This document shows, in pieces, positions 1-8,878 of a stretch of 29,668 nucleotides of DNA. This DNA comes from Prasinococcaceae sp. CCMP 1430. Lineage: Eukaryota; Plantae; Prasinodermophyta. The stretch spans positions 7,648-37,315 of the forward strand of contig RQSC01000019.1 of the NCBI GenBank assembly GCA_013416795.1, read 5' to 3'. Position numbers and translations under genes: made by a program. Below the pieces are notes generated by a model. The model was not told where the DNA came from and ran no database searches. It saw nothing but the letters and a program-made list of their open reading frames with translations. The number at the start of each line of letters is the position of its first letter. The stretch's first letter is position 1.

Positions 1-157
1 GGGCGGAACGCGAGCGACGACATCGCGGGCGCGGCCGGCGGCGCAGGGCGGTGCGCTGGCCCCTCGCGCGCGTCGAGTGGCGCGAGAGAGCGCCCGCACG
101 CCCCCGAAACGCGCTCGAGCGCACCCGCGAACACACCCGCGCGCACGCAAGAGCGCT

Positions 158-253
158 CACGCGCACGCACGCACACACACACACACACACGCACACACAC
201 ACACGCACGCACACACACACACACACGCACGCACGCACGCACACACACGCACG
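158..253. repeat. (CA)n/(CACG)n compound microsatellite
   Basis: Directly visible alternating CA/CACG tract; the HTHTHT ORFs in the track are its translation. Confidence 0.95.
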
Positions 254-479
254 TCCAGGCAGCCCCGCGGCGCGCGCGCGCGCGCCCGGCGCCGCCGTCC
301 ACGCGCGCGCGGCCGCCGGCGCCCTACATTCTCGCGCCGCGCATTTCGGCGCCGCGCGCGCGCTCGGGCGCAGGTCAAAATGAGGTGCCACCTCGCAGAG
401 AAGCGGGCAATTCGAGCGCGGAGCCCGCGCGCGCGCGCGTCGCGCGATCCGCGCGCCGCCCGAATTCCCTCCCCGCGGT

Positions 480-825
480 TTACATTTGCGTTCATTTGTG
501 ACGATATCGTACGGAAATGAACACAATTGACGTCGACTTCCGTGCGTCCTTTTCGGTTGCGCGCGGGCGGGGCCGATCGGGGGGCGCCGCAAGCAGAAAA
601 AAAAAGCCCGCCAAAAAACGCACGCGTTTTGACGAAGGCGCCCCTTCAAAAAAAAAAACGCGGGCGCGGGCCAACGCCACGTCGAAACCACGCAGCGAAG
701 CCCGCATGAACTAAAAAAAAAACAAATCAAAATCAAAATCAAACATAAAAAATCAACATCTCAAAGCGGTCTCAAATAGACCCTATAAATAAACCTTTAA
801 TGTGCGTTGTCATAACCTAAACTCC
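480..825. promoter_or_regulatory. AT-rich, poly-A-tract intergenic island with AAAATC repeats (putative promoter or nucleosome-depleted region)
   Basis: Several A7-A12 runs and AAATC-AAAATC-AAAATC at 724-740 in a ~70% GC background, upstream of the PhyH-like gene. The function is inferred. Confidence 0.4.
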
Positions 826-1112
826 CGCGCTTCGGGCGCGCGCTCGGGAGCTCGAGCGGCGGCGGCGCCACAGCGCAAGCAGCGGAGCCGCCCCTCTCCC
901 CCCTCGAGCCCGACCGGCGGGAGCGGCACAGCGCAGGCGGACGCACTGCCCCCCCCCGGACCCCACTACTACACCATAGACACACACACACGCGCGCGCG
1001 CGCATTACCCCATCCCGCACACACAGCACGCCGCCCCTCGCGGGGTCGCTCCCTCTGCGCCGCGAGGTGGCGGCGGCGTGTTGAGCAGGGCGCGCGCGCG
1101 AGCCCGCCGCGC

Positions 1113-2097
1113 GAGCCACGTGCCGCGCACGGATACGTCGTGCTCGCGCGCGACGCGCACCGCGCGGGGGCGGACCTGGTGGCCGGCGCGCGACGCGTGG
1201 CGTATCGCCAGCTCGGGCAGGCGGCGCGCGGCGAGAGCGAGCAGAGCGACGCCAACACCGACGCGGCGGTGCTCGCGCTCTACCACTCGTCAGCGGTGCG
1301 CCGCACCGTGGAGGACCTTCTCGGCGGCGCGACCGCGCGCGTTGGGAGCGCACAGATTGCCGCGCGCTGGCCGGGGGAGCACTGCGCTGGGCGAGGGGCG
1401 TTCGAGGTCCCGCCGTGGTTCGATAGTCACTATCACATCGACGGTCTCGCAACTCCCGATGGCAGCTCGCGCGTGCCACCCGGAGAAATGCACGCGTTCG
1501 ACGCGCTGGTGGGAGTCGCCCTCGACGACAGCGGCTCGGAGCCCTTCCACGGCAACCTAATGGCATGGCCGGGGTCGCACCACCGCCTCGCGCACATGTG
1601 CGCCACCACGGAGCTGGCATCGCACCTGCGCGATTGCGGCATAGAGGCGCTGCCCAGGCCCCACGAGCTGCCCGGTCAGGCGTCGCACCCCGCAATGCAG
1701 GTGACCATGCGCGCCGGCGACGTCGTGATCCTCAATTACCTCACTTGCCACTCGGTGGCGCCACACACCGGCGACACGCCGAGGCTGATGGCGTACTTTC
1801 GCGTGACCGCCAACACCAGGTGCGCGCGCGCGTGCGCGCGCGAGCGCCGCCCTCGTTGCCCGGCCGCACCTTTGGAGGCTCACCCTTCGCCGCGCGCCCA
1901 CGCCCGGACGCATCACCTACGCCGCCGCGCGCAGCTCGGGTGTCCACGCCGCGACGCCCGAGGTGTCCCTCCGCGCAGGGAGCCCGTGGGCGCGCTGGCC
2001 GGGTCTGCGCGAGGAGCTGCAAGTAGCGGACGCGGAGGAGGCCTCGCTCGCCGAGGCGCAGGAGGCCACCGCGAGGAGCGAGCTCGCCGCGGCGTGA
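1113..2097 (+). CDS. Phytanoyl-CoA dioxygenase (PhyH)-like Fe(II)/2-oxoglutarate dioxygenase, 5' end not located
   Basis: Motifs GYVVL, HIDG (HxD), GNLMAWPGSHH, MRAGDVVILNYLTCHSVAPH (distal His) and PRLMAYFRV. GT-AG intron 1820..1934 gives an in-frame last exon 1935..2097 (SGVHAATPEVSLRAGSPWARWPGLREEL...AAA*). No in-frame ATG is evident upstream, so an earlier exon is likely. Confidence 0.8.
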
Positions 2098-2195
2098 GCT
2101 GCGCTCCTATTATGCACAAGGTGTACTCTTACATGCCGCGAGCGTCTTCGTCTGGAGTGCGCGCCGCCCGGCCCGCCCCCGACAGGCGGACGCTT

Positions 2196-4667
2196 TCACA
2201 CTGCCACGCTGGCCTCCATGAAGTCGTCGAAGCGGTCGAAGCGGAAGCCGCCCCCCGACACACGCGGGCCGCGCACAGAGCCTTGCCCGCTCGGAGCGTC
2301 CTCGTCCTCCCACGGGCCCCCATCGGTAAGATCGATATCGGCAAGCGTTCGAGGCGCGTTCCCCGTTCCTTTGGTCTCACCACGCGAAGTATCGGACAGA
2401 GGTCGCTGCGGCCCTGCCGTCAGTCGCCGCCGCCGCGGCGTCCCAGGCGGCGCGGGCGAGCGAATTATGGCGGACGTAGGTCTCGCGCGCGCGCCGAGTG
2501 CCAGCGCCTGCGCCTGCGTGTGCGCCAGCTTCCCGCCAGCGCGCGACATTCGAGACGCATGACTGGGAGAGCGTGAGCGCGCACCCGTGGTCGGGTGCGC
2601 CGATGCGGGCCGCGCCTGTGCACCCGCAGCGCGCCTGTTGTCGGCGTCGTCGTAGCCCATCTCTGCCCCCGCCCCCGCGAGGAAGGGTCGCAAGCCACCG
2701 CCGGGCGGTGGGCGGCCCGGTCGCGCTCGCGCCTGGCGGCTCTTGAGCTTCTTGAGTTCGAATTGCGACTGCTTGGATTTGGACGCAAGCGTCGTCCCGC
2801 GCTCGCTGTGGGTCGAGCCAGGGGCACCGCCGCTGCCCCCGTGCATGGGCCTATCGCCGACGTGCTTCTCAAGGGCCGCCATGGCGGCTTCACGCACCTC
2901 CTTGATGGATGCAGCCAGCTGCTTGGCCTCCGCCGCCGCCTCTTCGCGCGCACCGCTCGCTGCAGCATCGATCGCCGCTCTCAGCGACGCCGTAATCTCG
3001 GCGCTCCCCTCGCGGAGCGCCTGTGTGGCCTCGTGCCGCGCGTCGTCCACTTTCGGCAGTATGGTCGCCTCGGCGATCGCTGGAGCACCGTCGGCGGTTT
3101 CCTGCGCGCGCGCGGCGCGCTCGAGTGCTGTGTCCGCCATCGTCTGAGCGGCGGCCGCCGCGCCTGCCGCCTCGGCGATAGCCTCCTTCGTGGCCATGCC
3201 CAGTACGTCATCCTCTGTGGCGTGTACGCGATGCTCCAATACTTCGAGCTCGCGCGCCAGGCGCGTGACTTCTCGCACCTCCTCTTTGCGCGCGAACTCT
3301 TGTTCGATGCGCGCCAGGTGCGCGCGCAGTGCAGACCGCGCAGCCTCTTCTGCCTGCGACAGTCCCGCACGCAGCTCCGCGCGCAGATCGGAGAGCGTAG
3401 GCCCCGACTCTTGTGAGGCCAGGGCGTCCGCGATTGCGTGCGTGGCGGCCACAGATGCCGCGCGCGCTTCCGCGGCAGTTGCCCCGACGACAGCGGTGGC
3501 GCACCGATGGCCATCCAGTGCCGCTTCGGACGACTGCGAGCTGGCGACGCTGCTGTTGCGCTCTCGTGTGCCTGCTCCCTCGTCCTCTCCGTCGTTTCCG
3601 TCGCTCTCCTCAATCACGCCCTCCCCTGCCGTCGCGGACGCGTGCGCCTCGGTGGCTGCGGCGGCGGTAGCGGTGCGGGACGTCGGCACGGCGCCCGCCA
3701 TCTCCGCTATGGCCATCGACATCCTCCGTCCGCTCGACTGAATCATCAGCGACACCTTGGTGGCGAGCTCGGATCGCAGCGTCTCCACCTCGTTGCTGAG
3801 GGCTGCCACCCGCGCCTCGGCACCCGCCGCGCGCTCCTCCGCAATCGACGCACGCATCAGCGCGCGCTCGGCGGCAGCGGCCGCGTCCTTTGCGACCTGC
3901 GCTAGAGATTCAACCTGGCGGCGGTCGAAGGCCAGCGAGTTTTGCGATACGCCCGGCGAGGCTCGCTTTGCCTCCGAACGCGCGATTCCGGCAAGCTCCC
4001 TGTGCAGACGATCGGTGTTCTCCTGGAGCGTCTGCGTGAGTTGCAGGCGCAGCTGCGCCCTGCTCGCGTCGCGCTGCTCGTGCAGCTCCTCCGCGAGGCC
4101 GCGGGCGCGCACGTCCAGCGCGTCCGCCACGTCGGCCCTCAGCTGCGCCATGCCATCGACGGCAGCCCTCGCGGCGAGCTCGTTGAGCTCTGATGCCGAC
4201 CGAGTGGACTTGGCCTCGATGAGCGCCACCCGTCGCTTGAGCTCGTCCTCGAGGTCCATCCCCTTGGCCGAGGCCGCATTCGCCGCGCTCTCCGCCGCTG
4301 CCGCGCGTGCCTCGAGGCTGCGAGCAAGCGAAGCGCACCGCTCGTCCACGGCCTCACCAACGAGCCCGTGCAGAGTGTGGTTGCTGGGCATGCTCTCAAG
4401 CTTTGCCGTCGTTTCCGTCGCCTGCGCTGTGAGCGCCGCGATCTCGGCGCGCAGCGCGCCCACATCGCGCTCCGTGCGCTCCGTGTGATCGGCGGCCGCC
4501 TCCCGAAGCCCTCGGCTGAGCTCGCGGCTGAGCTCGTCGGCGCGCTCGTTGGCGCCCTGCAATCCGCGGCGCACCTCGACCTCGAGAGCCGTCACGCGCG
4601 CCTGCGCCTCCGCCGTCAGCTCATCGAGCACAGTTGTATCGAGGGTGAAGTTGAGCAGCCCCGCCAT
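2196..4667 (-). CDS. Uncharacterised coiled-coil protein, 823 aa, intronless
   Basis: Long ORF from ATG at 4667 (MAGLLNFTLDTTVLDEL). Ala/Glu/Leu/Arg heptad-like segments and a low-complexity C-terminus. No family recognised. Confidence 0.75.
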   Translation of the reverse strand: MAGLLNFTLDTTVLDELTAEAQARVTALEVEVRRGLQGANERADELSRELSRGLREAAADHTERTERDVGALRAEIAALTAQATETTAKLESMPSNHTLHGLVGEAVDERCASLARSLEARAAAAESAANAASAKGMDLEDELKRRVALIEAKSTRSASELNELAARAAVDGMAQLRADVADALDVRARGLAEELHEQRDASRAQLRLQLTQTLQENTDRLHRELAGIARSEAKRASPGVSQNSLAFDRRQVESLAQVAKDAAAAAERALMRASIAEERAAGAEARVAALSNEVETLRSELATKVSLMIQSSGRRMSMAIAEMAGAVPTSRTATAAAATEAHASATAGEGVIEESDGNDGEDEGAGTRERNSSVASSQSSEAALDGHRCATAVVGATAAEARAASVAATHAIADALASQESGPTLSDLRAELRAGLSQAEEAARSALRAHLARIEQEFARKEEVREVTRLARELEVLEHRVHATEDDVLGMATKEAIAEAAGAAAAAQTMADTALERAARAQETADGAPAIAEATILPKVDDARHEATQALREGSAEITASLRAAIDAAASGAREEAAAEAKQLAASIKEVREAAMAALEKHVGDRPMHGGSGGAPGSTHSERGTTLASKSKQSQFELKKLKSRQARARPGRPPPGGGLRPFLAGAGAEMGYDDADNRRAAGAQARPASAHPTTGARSRSPSHASRMSRAGGKLAHTQAQALALGARARPTSAIIRSPAPPGTPRRRRLTAGPQRPLSDTSRGETKGTGNAPRTLADIDLTDGGPWEDEDAPSGQGSVRGPRVSGGGFRFDRFDDFMEASVAV

Positions 4668-5443
4668 GGCGCGCCTTGCTGCGCTGGGCGCACGCGCGGG
4701 CCCGCAGGGCAGGCGCCCGCGCCGCGCGTCTCTGGCGCGGCGACCACCCTCCCGAATGCTCCCTCGCCGCGGCGCGCACGCATCACACCCGCCGCCCATC
4801 CATCGCGCTCGCGCACACGCAAGGCCTCGCCCTCAATACGAGCGCACGCGTCCGCGTGCGCACGCCAGCACGCACGCACACGCCTCTCATCCCTTCATCC
4901 CCCCCTTACCCCCTACCCCCACACCCACACCTAACCACCCGCCCTCCCGCCCGTCATCCGCACCCCACAGCGCGGGTGCGCACTCGCCCCGATGCGCATA
5001 CTTTCCCGTGGGTATTTATGACATTATAAACAATGTATACAGTCCCTCACGTCGACGAGGCGGTTCGGTTCGGTTCCCCCGCGGCGCGCGCCCGTTCCGG
5101 CGCCGATCGGACGCGCGCGCGCCGGCCGAGCGCGGCTGTGGTAACCCTGTTACCTGAACCCAAATGCGGTCCCGCGCGCGCGCCACGGCGCACGCGAGGC
5201 GGCGCGCGCGCGCGATCGCGTCCCAAGCGGGCGCTTTGGAGGCGGGTGACCCTCACTGCCGCCCGCGAGGAGCGCCGCAGCACCTTCGCCGAGCGGGCGC
5301 CGTGACTGACCCCCGTCCCAACGAGTGCCTCTGTTGATGTCTTGAATGCATGATTATGTGAGTGCGTATGGCATGCTGTGGGTGTGGGCGCGCGCGCGCG
5401 CGCATGATTTGGATTTGGCGGTGTAGTTGGGTGAGAAGGAGAG

Positions 5444-7090
5444 CTAGACGGCCTTGCACTTCTTCTTCTTGTAGACGCAGCCGTCCTCCTTGCCGCACTT
5501 CTTCTTCGACAGGCCGTCGCACAGCGGCGCGGCCTCGATGGCCTTGCACTTCTTCTTCTTGTAGAGGCAGCCATCGACGGCCTTGCACTTCTTCTTCGAC
5601 AGGCCGTCGCACAGAGGCGCGGCCGCGATGGCCTTGCACTTTTTGTTCTTGTAGAGGCAGCCATCGACGGCCTTGCACTTCTTCTTCGACAGGCCGTCGC
5701 ACAGAGGCGCGGCCTCGGCGGCCTTGCACTTCTTGTTCTTGTAGACGCAGCCGTCGACGGCCTTGCACTTCTTCTTCGAGAGGCCGTCGCACACATCAGC
5801 ATCCTCAGGGAAGGCGATCGCAAGGTCGGCACACGCGTGGGAGACGTCGACGTACGGGCTGGGCTGCGTGACGTCGGGGCAGTCGGACTCAGCGAGCACG
5901 GTGGGAACCTCGCCCGAGGCGATGTCGCGGAACCAGAGCGCCTCCTCCGCGTCGCCCGCAGAGCTGCCGTGGATGCCGCGCGCGAGGTCCTGCAGGGTAG
6001 CGTCGCCGAAGGGGACGGCGCCCTCAAACCAGTCCATGCTGCCCGTGGCGGAGATGATGCCGTCCTCGCGCAGGACCGTGGTCACGCCCTCCGGCAGGGC
6101 CTCGACGCCGTACGTCGTCAGCATCGCCGCCAGGTCGTACGAGGTCGGGTCGTACGAGTAGGTCTCGTCGATGACCACCGACACGTCGTTCGCCTCAAGG
6201 TACGCAAACAGCTCGGCAGCCGACGCGAAGCCGACGTGGGAAACGTCGCCGGTCCAGGCACTGACCTGCACCTCGACGTCCGACAGGTCCACGTTGCGGC
6301 CGCCGGCGTCCGCGATGAGCGCCACCTTGTAGGCGGCCACCGAAACCTGGTACTCGGGGGGGTCGGCCCAGGTGTAGTAGTTGATGAAAGCCACGCCGGG
6401 CCTCTCGTCCTCCGGCACCGCCGAGCCGCCGGCGACGGTGCACTCGTAGCGCTCCGCGATCTCGGCGAAGGCGCCCTCGGCTTGGGCCTCCTTGTTGAAG
6501 AAGAGCGAGACGAATTTGATCCACTCGGAGCGGTGGAGCGGCCCGGGGTCGGCCGTGGCGGTGAACGCAACCGACTTGGGCTGCGATGGGTCGGCGGAGG
6601 AGCCGAACAGCGCGTCGACGGAGTCCATCATGGCGGCGTACTCCTCCGGGTCGCCCGGGCTGTAGTAGGCGTTCGGGCTGGCCGTGGCCTGCTGGATGCC
6701 ATCAGCGTCGTCGAGGGCGCGCGCGGCATGCAGGCAGGGGTTGACCGCGACGGAGAAGTCCGCATACGCGATGGTCTCCCTCAGCCCAAGCTTCTCCAGG
6801 AAGGCGATGATCGTCGTGTCGGTGACCGCAACGCTCTGCAGCGGGACGGCGAAGTGCTTGGCGTCCGCGGGCACCTCCGGCGGCACGGGCGCCGAGCCGC
6901 ACGTGGTGAGCACGTACGTCTCGTTGAACCCGGGCGCGAGGTTGCGCACCAGCTTGTAGTTGGGGAAGTACGAAACCTCGAAGTCCTCCGAGATGCGAAC
7001 CACCGCATCGGGCGCCGGCGCGCTCGGGTGCGGCGCCACCAGCGACGTGCCCTTGGCCAGACCGAGCGGGTCGAACGACGACAGGCGCGC
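5444..7090 (-). CDS. CBA1: CBA1-like cobalamin acquisition protein (BtuF-like periplasmic-binding fold) with C-terminal Cys/Lys repeats; N-terminus missing
   Basis: Motifs FEVSYFPNYKLVRN, YVLTTCG, VPLQSVAVTDTTIIAFLEKLG, GPLHRSEWIKFVSLFFNKE and DWFEGAV match my recollection of CBA1-family proteins. The frame is open back to a TGA at 7091-7093, with no ATG or signal peptide. Confidence 0.7.
   Translation of the reverse strand, partial: ARLSSFDPLGLAKGTSLVAPHPSAPAPDAVVRISEDFEVSYFPNYKLVRNLAPGFNETYVLTTCGSAPVPPEVPADAKHFAVPLQSVAVTDTTIIAFLEKLGLRETIAYADFSVAVNPCLHAARALDDADGIQQATASPNAYYSPGDPEEYAAMMDSVDALFGSSADPSQPKSVAFTATADPGPLHRSEWIKFVSLFFNKEAQAEGAFAEIAERYECTVAGGSAVPEDERPGVAFINYYTWADPPEYQVSVAAYKVALIADAGGRNVDLSDVEVQVSAWTGDVSHVGFASAAELFAYLEANDVSVVIDETYSYDPTSYDLAAMLTTYGVEALPEGVTTVLREDGIISATGSMDWFEGAVPFGDATLQDLARGIHGSSAGDAEEALWFRDIASGEVPTVLAESDCPDVTQPSPYVDVSHACADLAIAFPEDADVCDGLSKKKCKAVDGCVYKNKKCKAAEAAPLCDGLSKKKCKAVDGCLYKNKKCKAIAAAPLCDGLSKKKCKAVDGCLYKKKKCKAIEAAPLCDGLSKKKCGKEDGCVYKKKKCKAV
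5447..5793 (-). repeat. Coding tandem repeat, 90-bp period, about 4 copies (CDGLSKKKCKAVDGCxYKxKKCKAxxAAPL)
   Basis: GCCTTGCACT recurs at 5451, 5541, 5631 and 5721 on the + strand, giving 30-aa units with C-x7-C-x5-C-x6-C spacing. Confidence 0.95.
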
Positions 7091-7095
7091 TCACA

Positions 7096-7380
7096 AGCTA
7101 CGATGTCGACGTCCAGTACACCGCATCCTTCGGCGAGTTCACAAATGGGGGAGAGCTGTGCGTCGAGCGCGACGCGCGAACGGTGGCTGTGGTGAACACA
7201 CGCGGGCGAGTCGTTTGCGCCGACGGCCGCTGTGTCCACTGGGTGCGGCCCTATCTGGGCGAGCGCTGGTCGGTCGTCTGGTTTCGCACGCGCGGGAAGG
7301 TTGCGCCGCGTGGTCAGGCTGTGCCTGGCGTGCGCGAAGGGGCCGTCGCGGACGGCCCTGCCGACCGCGCATGTCTGTAA
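7096..7380 (+). CDS. 3' fragment of a 2OG-Fe(II) oxygenase-like protein
   Basis: Reads SYDVDVQYTASFGEFTNGGELCVE...DGRCVHWVRPYLGERWSVVWF...*. GGEL, the distal His and the RxS-type strand are typical of this fold. The HxD motif and everything 5' of it are absent. Confidence 0.6.
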   Translation, partial: SYDVDVQYTASFGEFTNGGELCVERDARTVAVVNTRGRVVCADGRCVHWVRPYLGERWSVVWFRTRGKVAPRGQAVPGVREGAVADGPADRACL

Positions 7381-7617
7381 TAATATGGAAGAGGCAAGGG
7401 CGGAACGCGGGGAGCTCAGTATAATGGCTGACACCGCAGCAGGTGCAATTACAAGCCCGAGAGCTCGGGAGAGGGCAGGTGTGTGTTTCGCGTGGCGGGC
7501 TTTCTATGTCGAGTGCGCGCGCTCTCTCCTTCTGGAACAGGAGCGCCCGCGCGCTGCGGTTTTTTTTTTGTCCCGCGTGCTCCATCGCGTACACTCGCCA
7601 GTGCAACCGTGCGCCGC

Positions 7618-7917
7618 TTACTCCGCGTCCTGCACCTGCACGTCGCCGCCCTCTTCACCCTCGCCGCCCTCGAGGTCGCTGGTCCACAGCGTCAGGTTGT
7701 CCCGCAGCAGCTGCATGATGAGGGTGCTGTCCTTGTAGGAGTCCTCCGAGAGCGTGTCGAGCTCCTGAATCGCGTCATCGAACGCTTTTTTCGCCAGCTG
7801 GCAAGCGCGCTCGGGCGCGCTCAGGATCTCGTAGTAGAACACCGAAAAGTTGAGCGCGAGGCCCAGGCGAATGGGGTGCGTGGGGTCGAGCTCCTCGTCC
7901 GCGATCTCAGTCGCGGC
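7618..7917 (-). CDS. 14-3-3 protein, terminal exon only
   Basis: [21 protein letters not shown] and [21 protein letters not shown] are 14-3-3 signatures. Acceptor TTTGGTGCAG precedes 7917, stop TAA at 7620-7618. Upstream exons are not in the window. Confidence 0.97.
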   Translation of the reverse strand, partial: AATEIADEELDPTHPIRLGLALNFSVFYYEILSAPERACQLAKKAFDDAIQELDTLSEDSYKDSTLIMQLLRDNLTLWTSDLEGGEGEEGGDVQVQDAE

Positions 7918-7938
7918 CTGCACCAAAGCACACGGACN

Positions 7939-8027
<89 letters not shown>
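7939..8027. repeat. (CA)n microsatellite adjacent to a single N
   Basis: About 44 CA units directly visible, with N at 7938. Confidence 0.97.
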
Positions 8028-8029
<2 letters not shown>

Positions 8030-8135
8030 CCCGCGCTCGCAGGCGACAGCCGCCGCCCCGGTCTTCTACACGTCCCCCTTCTCGCGAGCGCGCGAGACGG
8101 CGGCGCTCGCCGCCGCGGCGCTCCCCGCGGCAGAG

Positions 8136-8154
8136 GTGTGTGCGTGCGTGTGTG

Positions 8155-8187
<33 letters not shown>

Positions 8188-8240
8188 GTGTGTGTGTGTG
8201 CGTGTGTATGTGTGTGTGTGTGCGTGTGTGTGCGTGTGTG
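8136..8240. repeat. (GT)n/(GCGT)n microsatellite forming the 5' half of an intron
   Basis: Directly visible; it begins at the GT donor. Confidence 0.95.
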
Positions 8241-8469
8241 AGATACGTGCTCGCGCGCTCGGTACGCACGCACGCTTACGCGCACGCGGCGCGCTCTCAC
8301 GCACGCGTACGCGTACGCACACGCACGCGTACGCACACGGGCGCGCGCGCAGGTGTCGCTCGCGCCCGGCCTGCGCGAGCGGTACTTCGGCGACGGCCTC
8401 GAGGGCGAGAGCGACGCGCGCTACGCCGAGGTGTGGGCCGCGGACGCGGAGGACGCGGAGACGGTCGGG

Positions 8470-8878
8470 GTATGGGGCATCGATCCGCACAAGGTCGGCG
8501 TGATCGGTTTCTCGGCGGGGGCCTATCTCGCGGCCGATCTAGCGATCGGCGCGAAGCCGTCGCGCCCTGACTTCGTCGGGCTGATCTATGGCGGTTTGCG
8601 CACCCCTGTCCCAGCAGATGCGCCCCCGGCGTTCATCGCCGGCGCTGCCGACGATGAGTATCAGCCGAACGATCCCATATTGCTCTATTCGGCTTGGCGA
8701 CGAGCAGGAGCAGCCGCAGAGCTGCATCTGTACGAGCGCGGCGGGCACGGGTTCGATCTGCGTCCTCAGGGCACGACAAGCGACCACTGGTTCGATGAAC
8801 TGATCTGGTGGTTGCAGGCACGCGGCCTCGTGACGCCGACGGGTAGCCCGGCTGACGCTCTTCGCACTACTATCGGCG
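8470..8878 (+). other. Bacterial-type alpha/beta hydrolase (esterase) gene fragment embedded in a eukaryotic exon
   Basis: WGIDPHKVGVIGFSAGAYLAA (GxSxG), RPDFVGLIYG, APPAFIAGAADD and ELHLYERGGHGF. By hand count about 65% GC versus about 78% in the flanking exon, with 8 GATC sites in about 410 nt. Confidence 0.85.

Noticed and set aside
1-480. Possible exon (1-50), intron (GTGCGC at 51 to GCGCAG at 373) and exon (VKMRCHLAEK...)
   Set aside because: The splice-like sites are plausible, but there is no recognisable protein and too little sequence to support a gene model.
779-815. Telomere or telo-box-like words (ACCCTATAA, AACCTAAAC; also AAACCCT at 26593)
   Set aside because: Isolated, imperfect and not tandem; expected by chance in AT-rich islands.
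5447-5793. Regular 90-bp repeats as a CRISPR or satellite array
   Set aside because: There are no unique spacers, variation is codon-like, the repeats are in frame within a CDS, and no cas genes are present.
7049-7075. FDPLGLA light-harvesting-complex motif at the start of the CBA1 frame
   Set aside because: Only 7 residues, with no flanking LHC helix (ExxxGRxAM). It is probably coincidence, though it lies next to a junction.
5837-7195. Long antisense ORFs (also 22558..24366 and 22629..24140)
   Set aside because: These are shadow ORFs caused by the extreme GC3 of the real genes on the opposite strand; they have no motifs of their own.
7618-8490. 290-aa ORF joining CVCVCV repeats to 14-3-3, and other HTHT/CVCV/ARAR ORFs
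   Set aside because: Translations of intronic microsatellites.
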